A stretch of 42,200 nt of DNA from Trypethelium eluteriae (lineage: Eukaryota): positions 1-42,200 of the forward strand of contig JAVECL010000153.1 in assembly GCA_051942245.1 (NCBI GenBank), read 5' to 3'. The number at the start of each line of letters is the position of its first letter. The first letter of the stretch is position 1. Below are positions 12,447-22,415 of this stretch, in pieces. Under the pieces are notes generated by a model. That model made no database searches. It worked only from the letters and a program-made list of their open reading frames with translations, and was not told where the DNA came from. The translations under genes and the position numbers were made by a program.

Positions 12447-13606
12447 AGTGTACCCTGACTCCTCATCCAGTGCGTTGCACCATTCACACCACAATCCGTG
12501 GTGACCGACATATTGTTGTATCACTACAGTACTATACCTTTTCTTCTGTCTCATGTTCTTTTCAAGCTTTGGCGCTCGTCGGGCGTCCTCGCTGACTTGC
12601 TTCCATCTGGAGGGAATTTCTGCAGCCATTTCAGCAACTTTCGAAAAAAAGGGTATTATGGTACGACTCGGCTTTTGGGCCCTTGGGTGCAACTGGTTTC
12701 GGGAGTAACCTCAGGCCGGATTGATCGCCACTTGTGTCTGCTTTTCCTTTGATACCAACCGGCCTTGCTGCCAAATTTATTTTCTTTTGTCTACGTTCAT
12801 TCCCTTTCTATTGTTTTATGTGGTAATTATCCTCCTGTACGGGTTATGGGGACTTCTTACCACGAGCTTCTTGATAGGAAGGAAATTTGTGCTGCCAAGA
12901 CGATCCTTAAGAGAAGTCCTCATGGTGTGGGTAGCTGGCATTCGTTTGCACTGGCGGGTGAGCTTAGTACGAGAGACGAAGCGATCTAGATGAGAGATCT
13001 GAATGTCAGTGGTCTCAGGCCCTAGAGGCTTAGAGCGTGAAAAAAGTCAACGGTGGAATTGTATCGGACACGAATTGAATGGCAATGTCATTAGCTTACT
13101 TGCCGGCAAACTGGCGCACTCAACGAATTAGCGTTTAGGATAGCTATGTGAGGACGTGTTGATATGACCGAATAGATGACAAGATATTCATCCTTCTATT
13201 CTATACTACTCCGTATTCGCAACACAAATGAGACTATGCAGAGAAGCTGGAAATCGCACATTCTACAGTCATCAAATGGCGATGTCCGTGAGGGAGTGAC
13301 GAGAGAAGTGTTGCCTTAGGTAGTTGGTGACAGTCTAAATGGTTCAGGGCCAATATTTTGCTTGTGATGAAGTGATTGGACGCTCGCCCCTGCAGACGGC
13401 TTCGGCTGGGATGATTTAGTACTCCCCACTTCGCACCATCAACAAACCTCCCCCCGCGTCTCACCGCCGTCTACCAAAAACACTCCCTTGTCCGCACATT
13501 GAGCGCACGCGCTGGGAAGCCTTCAATCTCTCTGCGCCCTCTACTCGCATTCAATCGCTGGCTTCTGTTGCTTCAAATCCAAATTGCTACGGTATAAACT
13601 CTCAGA

Positions 13607-15470
13607 ATGAGGGGTGAAGTAAGTCAAGCCTCATACACGACGCGTCCTTGTGAGCACTAAGGGGGACAGGCCTGCATGCTGATTCCACCACGTATAGGTC
13701 TGCCACCTCCATATCGGTCAGGCTGGTACCCAGCTCGGGAACAGCGCTTGGGAACTGTAAGATTTCTTTGACATGACAATTTGGCATACAAATAACAGCT
13801 CCTCACAGCTACCTTCTCGAGCACGGTCTCAAGGCCGACGGCCGTCTCGACCCAGATGCGACTGGTGCCTCTTCTGAGGGTTCCTTTGAGACCTTCTTCA
13901 ATGAGACTGGGAGCGGCAAATATGTCCCTCGATCCATCTTCGTAGACTTGGATCCTTCAGTAAGTAGAACTCGCCTCCCTTCAACCAGAAATCGACTGAC
14001 CCCAAACGTAGCCAATCGACGAAGTCCGTACCGGGTCCTACCGTCAACTCTTCCACCCTGAACTCTTGATCAGCGGCAAAGAAGATGCAGCAAACAACTG
14101 TTCGTGTCCAGCAAAGAAGAGGTAGCATATGTGGAAATACTGACATCACGACTCCAGATGCTCGTGGTCACTACACTATCGGCAAGGAACTTGTGGACAG
14201 CGTGATTGACCGTATCCGACGCGTTGCAGGTACGAGCTCTCGCGACATCAAACATGTATAGCCGTTATCTGACTGGACATAGACAACTGCTCCTCTCTCC
14301 AAGGTTTCCTCATCTTCCACTCCTTTGGCGGTGGTACTGGCTCCGGCTTCGGCGCCCTGCTCCTCGAACGCCTCTCTACCGACTACGGCAAGAAGTCCAA
14401 ACTCGAATTCGCCGTCTACCCGGCCCCACGTGTGTCCACTTCCGTCGTGGAGCCCTACAACGCCGTCCTGTCGACGCACAGCACCATCGAGAACTCCGAC
14501 TGCACCTTCCTTGTCGACAACGAAGCCGTCTACGACATCTGCCGCCGCAACCTCGACATCCCCCGTCCGGACTACGAGCATCTCAACCGCCTCATCGCGC
14601 AGGTGGTCAGCTCCATCACGTCGAGCCTACGCTTCGACGGCGCCTTGAATGTCGACCTCAATGAGTTCCAGACCAACTTAGTGCCTTACCCGCGTATCCA
14701 CTACCCTCTCATCAGCTACGCGCCCGTCATTTCCGCGAATAAGAGCTCGCACGAGAGCTTCAAGGTGCACGATCTGACCTTCCAATGTGCGTATCCTCTT
14801 ATCCTCATCCGCGTATTATTCTCTACACCACAACCCCAGACCAGTGAATGGCAAAGAACGAAGAAAACTGTTTACTAACAAACTCTGCTTCTTTCGTAGG
14901 CTTCGAGCCCAACAACCAGATGGTCGTCTGCGACCCCCGCAATGGCAAGTACATGGCCGTCGCGCTGCTCTACCGCGGCGACGTCGTGCCGCGCGACTGC
15001 AGCACCGCCGTGGCCGCCCTCAAGGCCAAGGCCTCCTTCAACCTTGTCGAATGGTGCCCTACGGGCTTCAAGCTGGGCATCAACTACGAGAAGGTATGTC
15101 CTTCCCTCTCCCCCTTTCACTGTTCTTGTCGCGTGGCCATTCCCCCATCCATTCAATTTGTTCAGACCGGATGCTAATATCTTCTCCTTCGTTATAGCCC
15201 GCCCGCGTTGAAGGCAGCGAGCTTGCGCCCGTCGATCGCTCCGTTAGCATGCTCTCCAATACTACCGCCATCGCTGAGGCCTGGTCTCGGCTCGACCACA
15301 AGTTCGACCTTATGTACAGCAAGCGCGCTTTTGTGCACTGGTATGTCGGTGAGGGTATGGAGGAAGGCGAGTTTAGCGAGGCCCGTGAGGATCTTGCTGC
15401 TCTTGAGAAGGATTACGAGGAGGTGGCTGCTGACTCGATCGAGGGTGAGGGCGAGGAGGGAGAGTATTAG
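13607..15470 (+). CDS. tubB: Alpha-tubulin, second paralogue (tubB / 'MRGE' type), 450 aa
   Basis: 8 exons: 13607-13618, 13698-13756, 13809-13959, 14012-14099, 14158-14229, 14283-14786, 14900-15093, 15198-15470. Starts [24 protein letters not shown]. Contains [38 protein letters not shown], and ends EGEGEEGEY. Confidence 0.96.
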
Positions 15471-16142
15471 ACTGGTGAGAGGGGGAGACAAGAAGTGTCT
15501 GGATGGTGGAAAAAGAGGTATCGAGAAGTGGATTAGGACCAAGCAAAGTAGAGGACCATGATGATGAATGCAGAGGAACGAATGATGTAGAGGGGAGTAG
15601 TCAGGTGCTGTCAGTTTTCATTTGTTATTTCAAATTCCAAAGAGACACAAGGCGACATTGGATGGTCGGAAGGAAGCACAAGGGCGAGAATCCTGAATGT
15701 AGGCAGTGCTTTTTCCCTCCAGTCAAGTAATGAGAAAGAGTAGACACTTGCCTTCCAATCTGCATGTTTAACATCCACCTGGCATCATGATAGAGTCTAC
15801 ATCGTCTTCACTACCAAACGGGGATGGAACAAAACGAGGTACTCAGAAGACTTTGTTTCGGAAGGTAGGTACATAAGGTAGAGAAAAGATTCAATAATTA
15901 GTCTCGCCCGTGTTATGACGCTATGCTACTAGTTTACATGTTATCGCCTTTTGCTCTCTTTGTGTTTTCCATCGGAGCCAAATTGGAGCCAAGAAATTTT
16001 TCAGCGCCGATCGAATGCAATGCTATTAATCTACCGGGAAAATATGCGGAAGTCACTCTTTCGCGCCGCTGGAGACCTTCTCCCATGCTACAATCTTGTG
16101 CGATCCGGGATGCTCGAAGCGGCCCACGGCGATAAATTGGCC

Positions 16143-17082
16143 TTATCTACTGGAAGTCTTGCCCTCATTCTCCGCAGCGAGTTGCTGTGCCTGAGCCGTG
16201 ATGCCACCCTTATCAGTGTGGCCGTGAGCGCGTTGCTCGCGGGAATGCAACAAATTGGCATCATCCTTGGTTACTACGTCGTTGCGTCAGCCATCACACG
16301 ATTTCCTAGCGTGTACCAGCGATAATTATCACAGGGGTTGGCAGGTCATGCCGAGATCTGGGCAGACGTACCTTGTTCAGGGTCGTTGGCCATCTTAGTG
16401 CCGACCGTGTTTACCACATCACGGAAGTTCTGCTCCTTCTGCACGTGCGACTGCGCCGCAGGGTCGAGACCGCCACGGCCGATTGAGGTACCTCCCTGTT
16501 CATTGGCGGACGCAACCCGCTGGGCATCGCTTGCAAGGCTATCAGAGGGAACATTATCTCCGCCCACAACACGAGCTTCGCGGGATTGGAGGTACTGAGC
16601 ATCAGAAGACGTCACTTCCTCACTGTATCAGTATGTCAGCAAGAGACTATCATTGGCAACGAGCACGATGGTAAGGCAACGTACGGGGCAGTCGCCATCT
16701 TCCCGGTAACCTCCTCAGCAGCCTGCTCGAAATTCTTTTCCTTATCAGCTATGGACTGAGCTTGAGCGGCGATGGAGCCGGGAGGGGGACGCTGGCCGTC
16801 CATGGCACGCTGTTCACGAGACTGGACGGTGCGGGCTTCGGAAGGGTCGATGGGCTCGCCAGTCTCGAGTTTGGAGGCGACTTGATCTTCAGCAGCTTCG
16901 GCGTTGCGTTGTTTAGCAACCTGAGGAATGTTAGATGGAATTGAGATGTCCACAGCGGGTGGTTGGATGGTTGGATGGTTGCGTACTTGAGACTGCATTT
17001 GTGCAGCAGTTGAACCCTTGGTAGGACCACCTTCTTGCTTCATGGTGTCAGAGATAGCCTCGCCGGTAGATTGAGTTGCCAT
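16143..17082 (-). CDS. SMP (seed maturation protein)/LEA-like hydrophilic repeat protein, ~237 aa (275 aa from the upstream ATG at 17196)
   Basis: Exons 17082-16987, 16920-16685, 16622-16372 and 16273-16143 (GTACG[C/T]...AG introns). Three repeats: IDPSEARTVQSREQRAMDG..PGSIAAQAQSIA, VTSSDAQYLQSREARVVGG..SDSLASDAQRVA, VTKDDANLLHSREQRAHG..KGGITAQAQQLA. N-terminal EGGPTKGSTAAQMQSQV. Confidence 0.8.
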
Positions 17083-18131
17083 GGTTGCTGCAGATGGTTG
17101 GATTTGTAAAGAATTGAAAGCGTGTCGAGTTGATAGTATTTGTGGTTGACGAAGTGAAGTGGCGAATCTGAGAAATCTGGAAGAACGTGGGAACATTTTG
17201 ACCTGGGGTTTGGTCTTGAATATGGCGAGATACGTAATGTCACTTGATCGTGCCTTCCCTAGAAATTCTGGCAGCTTTTTTGACATGTCTTGCAGCTTCC
17301 CTGCGCGAATTTTTGTAGCTCCCTAACATAATGACGCAACTATGAAAAGCGACATCATCGACTGCAAATACGGCAATAGTGCGCGTCATGGAGATTCATT
17401 GCGGCTTGAAGATGTCTTACTCGCTTGCTATACATGCCTTCACAATACAGGTCTGAAGCAGGCCTGCTAGGATATTACCTTCCATCGAAGATGGATAGAG
17501 CTTTCAAAAACCGTTGCGCGTCGGATTCACGTCTTCGCGCGTCAAGCTTCCCAGGCAACCCTCGCGTGATAACACGTACCCTGCCACGCGGTTGACAAAA
17601 AAACCCGCACACCGCCTCCGTCTCATTTCTGATTAGGACATTTATCGCGTATGCCGACGTGCTCATTACCTTCTCATGCTGTCGAAATAGATCACAGAGG
17701 TTCTTTTGAAATGTACAGCCTCCTGTCGAGCCGTCAACGTCATCGGACGCAAGGCTGTGAGGTCAGGCATAGAGCAGAGTGCTACTTACTGTCGCCGATC
17801 ACCCTCTTTACTGTCATTCAATTTCTTTCCGTGTTGTCATTGATTACACTCCGTACTGTTGCTAGGCTGGCAATTGGTTAAGGACTGTACACATATTGAT
17901 GCCCTTTCTTGAATCGTTTTTATTGTACTCTATTCCATGTAACGAGCCAGAAGTACTTCAACTTAATGCTGTTTGATTTACAGTTTTCGCTCTCTGTCGA
18001 GCTGATACGAACAGCATCAATTGCGGTACAGCTGACTCTTGATTCAGTAAAACGTTACATAAATATTCGAACGTTCATTTTCTACAACTTAAGAACAAAA
18101 TCTCAATCTACAAGAAACTCTCTAAAATCCC

Positions 18132-19611
18132 TCAAATATACTGGGTTCTTGGGGCTTGTTCCAAGGACTCTTTCCACCGTTTGGACGTTCTCTGGGTTTC
18201 TGAAGCTGACTCGGCAGTTGGCATGATTGAGTTGGACGATGACGACCCAGTCTTTCGAGGCGAAGTCAAGCTGTGTTCCGGTAAATCTTGTTTAACGGCG
18301 ACTTTGCCAGCTTCAGATTGGCTGCGAACGCGTTCAATGACCGCATTTCTCTGTTCTTCGGCCCAGTCCTGACCATTTCGATACGCAGCGGCCCCTTGTA
18401 CAAAGCTTTCGGGGGTATCTGTCATGGCAAAGGATCTCACTTGGTTCACATGGTAATCAGGCCTGCCACCTGGCGCCATCGGGGCTGTCGGATGACAAAT
18501 GTATATCTTGAGTTGCCCATCACTGTAAGTCGACCCAAGAGCGTATGCATTTTCATCGTATGTTTTGTTTTCTTCTCCATAATGCTGCATCTCCAGCATA
18601 CCGCGAGCGCCAACTCCAAGATCTTGCGTGATCTGTCGTTTCATCTCGGCAGCGCTACCGTCAGGACCTTTGACCTCCGTAAAGAAGTTCGGGAGCATAG
18701 GAGTGTGTGAGCTTGTAGACGGCATGATATAATGCCCGATTTCCCTACGTACCCTAGAATCAAGTTCACTAGGGTGAGACCCGTTGTAATAATCCGGTTT
18801 GGCGGTCGCAATCCCAAAAGCGAGTGGCTCGAGATTTGTAAAGAGTCGATTCCCGCCGGCGGGAACACTTGTGTTGCCCCTTATGATTGGAATGACATCC
18901 CTCATAACGTCTTCCTCGCTTGTAGCATTGAAATTCATTTGCCGGAAGTCCGAGAAGGCCTGATGAGAGAAGACAGAAGGCGACAAGGACAATCTGGGTC
19001 GGCGTAGCCTTTCCAAAACCTCTTCTACATTTCCTGGCTCTCTGTTGCTATGCCCTGGCGGGTGATACTGTGCATCTACCAACGCTTGCTCAAAGGCAGG
19101 ATCCCTAGAAGAGAGAGCGGTCCTTTGTCTTGAGCGTGCTGTCGCATTCAAGCGACGTCGTTTGGTCCGCATCTCAGACTTGTCGGAGAGGGATTGTCGA
19201 GAGCTCATTTGGCGTTGTGGCTCCAGTTCTTTATACTAGAGAAGCTTTAGTATATCTTCTCTTATTTCAGCTGTTCGGATTTACCCCTCGGATGTCACGA
19301 AGATTCGGGCCACCGTGGCGAGCAAATCGTTTAAGCTGTTTCCACTGATTTTCCAACAGCACAAATTGGGTGGTTGGCTTAGCAGGTACTGGCTGAGCTG
19401 TTCTTCGATCGAACTCTCGTAGGGCACGACGGCATAGCGGTATCCGGGAAAGATTGTCCCAGAACTTGGGTGGAGTCTGAGTACGCGTTGATTGCAGCCC
19501 TCTCTGACGTTTACCAGAGGGGAGAGACGGATGGTCGATTGCGCGCGCAGCTTCATCGATTCGCCATGGTTTCCCACAGTGAAAGTCTGTTTCCGGTTCC
19601 AGCGGTGTCAT
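18132..19611 (-). CDS. Fungal uncharacterised protein with PD-(D/E)XK nuclease-like motifs, ~476 aa
   Basis: Exon 1 19611-19285 (PPKFWDNLSRIPLCRRALREFDRR...LKRFARHGGPNLRDIRG), intron 19284-19236 (GTAAAT...TAG), exon 2 19235-18132 in frame with the 358-aa ORF. AKPDYYNG...PNFFTEVKGPDG...RQ gives a PD...ExK...Q arrangement. The start codon is uncertain. Confidence 0.75.
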
Positions 19612-20310
19612 TTTATGGAGATGTTGAGAAGGGAGGCCGATTATAAACATTCCTGCAAGCACCCGACGATGTGTGAAGACTCAGGTTTGCGAGCAAACGA
19701 TGTCCTATGCTAGGCAGTAATGGCACTGACGCCTACTTGTTCCCTTATGTAGGCCGTCTGCTGTCCTTTTTGAGCCCCTAATCAATGTCGTACGGGAGTG
19801 CAGAGCAAGTAATAGTCCGAGATGCACCGCTCAAGACGCCGCTTCGAGTTGGTCTGGAAACGACAGCATTCCTCCATGCGATCAGGTACCTAAGGTATGA
19901 ACTTGGTACCTACCTGACAGACACCAGCATCACGTGCAGCTCTTAGGATGTCGTGACACATTGAAAACGCAATCTGGGCTTGTTGGGTTCGGAGGGTGAA
20001 CACTCATCATATGCCCCCCGGAGACTTCGACTCTCATACGGAGTATATACTACTAGATTATTTTAGTGCACTTATAAACTCACCCTGACGGCTTATCCTG
20101 GCGTAAGGGGTGGGTGATACTGTAATAGTTACACAAAAATGGCCTGGTAGCGCGCAACTCTTGTTCGATGTGAATGCAAGGGGTCTGTGCGGTGGGCCGT
20201 GGTTTCTGTATGCACTCCAACGGTCGTTCTCACCGCGTGATGACTTTCTGGTCGTTGTACTCTATCATAGGATCTGACCTTCTGAAACCTATCGAGCAGC
20301 TTCTGTCATT

Positions 20311-21381
20311 ATGGACAACCTGGTAGCAGGCAAACTTTCGGGATTGTCCGTCTTACATTGCGGCTAATGAATGATTAAGGTCCTTCGCATCCAAGGAAAA
20401 TATCTGTTAGACCGTCGCCTAGGTGGAGGCTCTTACGGCGACGTCTACGAAGGTGGTTATTGTTACATCGTGAATATGTTTGGAGCTGATCGGACAGTAG
20501 GGCACGATCTCAAGTCTGGAAGAGAGGTGGCGCTCAAAATAGAGCACCAGCGAGTCGATCCTTCCTCCCTCGAGAACGAGATTGAAATCTACAAAACACT
20601 ATCTGGTGGTACTGGTATACCTCAGTTTTATTGGCATGGATACGAAGGCGATTTTAGAGTTATGGCGTTTGAGCTGCTTGGCCCAAACCTTGAGAATCTT
20701 TTACAATACTGCAATGGAAAATTCTCGCTCAAGACCGTATTAATGCTTGCAGATCAACTCATCCCTCGCTGTCAGTACCTTCATTCCAAAGGATTCGTCC
20801 ATAGAGACATTAAACCGGAGAACCTCTTGATAGGTGACGGTAAACAGGGCAATATAGTCTATGTGACAGATATTGGACTGGCTAAGGAAGTTGGAGAGCC
20901 AGGACTGTATCAGTATAGCCTAATCGGTACGATGCGTTTTGCCAGTGTGAATGCCCATCTAGGTGTCGGTAAATACGGTTCCCTCGAAGTCCAATTCCTC
21001 ACTGACTCTTCACTTGCAGAGCAATCTCCTCGCGACGATATGGAGTCGCTAGGATACGTACTCGTATACCTCCTTCAGGGCCGCCTGCCGTGGCAAGGTC
21101 TGAAGGTAGACAGTAGCAAGCAGAAGGAGCAATGCATCTTGCAGAGAAAGCAATCGCCTGCTGAGCATGATCTCTACGCAGACGCCCCTGAGGAGTTCAA
21201 GAGATACTTTGATCATGTTCGATCGCTGAAATTTGAAGAGAGGCCTAACTACTCGTATCTACGCCGTTTATTCCAGAGCCTCTTCCGTCGCCAAGCTTTC
21301 GAATATGACCATGTTTTCGACTGGACAGTGCTTAAGTACCTCGAATCTGTGAGCAGGTTGGGAGGTCCGGGCGTTGGCTGA
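20311..21381 (+). CDS. Divergent casein kinase 1 (Hrr25/HhP1-like paralogue), ~304 aa
   Basis: Exons 20311-20322, 20380-20452, 20501-20968 and 21020-21381. [70 protein letters not shown] and LPWQGL are CK1 signatures. The first donor (GTAGCA) is weak. Confidence 0.9.
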
Positions 21382-22415
21382 GACTGCTACTACAGATTCG
21401 GATACGATACCGTAGTGTTGCAGGTGTTGGTGAAATAAGCTGAAATTTTTTGAGTAGGGTAAACCGTTAGTTCTCACAAACTATTACATCTCTCATCAGT
21501 AATTAAACATTGTGGCAGTTATGCTATCACTCCACATTGGGTTGCTCGCATAATCGCCAATTCTGATGGTGTTTATAATCTTCAGCTTGGCAAGGGTGCA
21601 TCGCTTTATAGATCTAGCGCTGGTGCAGGACTAGCCGGAAACGGTGCTGTACCGGGACGGTTAAATTAAGCAGTAAATAAGAATAGATAAGGCAAATTCT
21701 TATAGAGGTTTCCCCCTCCACCTGCACGGTCCCTCTAGAGTGCAGGTCGGGGCTTAGCGTGGCTTGACGCCGGCGCGATACCGGAACGAGCCCCGGCCCG
21801 GCCCTCGGCATGGACACGGACCACCACAACCCAAGACCTCTCAATTTGGTGTTTTAATATTGACTGATTTGCCCATTTGCTCTAAGAATTTTGTGCCGCC
21901 TTCTATAGTAGCTATCGCAGATCTACTTCCAAGAGGTATAGGAGGTGTAGGAGCGTGAGGAGGTTAGAGTCGCTTGTTAGTGATCTGGGTATCAGTTTCA
22001 ACCATGGATTAGCGGGCTCAGATCAGATTACCGGAATTACATATACAAAGGTTCCTGATATAGTCTCTTCTACTCCATCCATATACTGGCGGCGAATTGC
22101 CAATATGAGAGGAAAGAGTGGCACTAGATCATGCGGATAATTCTAGAATGTTGGTGTCTTGCAAATGGGTGTGTTAAGCCACGGGATAATCGAGTAACTA
22201 ACATAACCCTGAGTCTCAAGTACGTCTTATACATGATTTTGTCACTCGTGACATCGCTTACCTATCAAGACCAAGAATCGGCAATCTTGGCAAATATCTG
22301 CTAATTTTGAGATGTCCAAATCTAAGTTTGACAAGCAAAACCTGTCCATCGTCTTTGCCTCCGGCTATGTGAGCGCCAGGGAATCGCATTTTCGCCCGAG
22401 CATCGCTAATCATTT

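Noticed and set aside
14171..15561. Antisense and alternate-frame ORFs over tubulin
   Set aside because: Shadow ORFs produced by biased codon usage of the real gene.
19882..19917. Repeated GGTACC/AGGTACCT palindromes in the nuclease-CK1 spacer
   Set aside because: Short TACC/GGTA-type runs are common in fungal intergenic DNA, so there is not enough to call a regulatory site.
20008..20040. tRNA T-arm-like string (GCCCCCCGGAGACTTCGACTCTC)
   Set aside because: No canonical GTTCRA loop and no cloverleaf could be folded.
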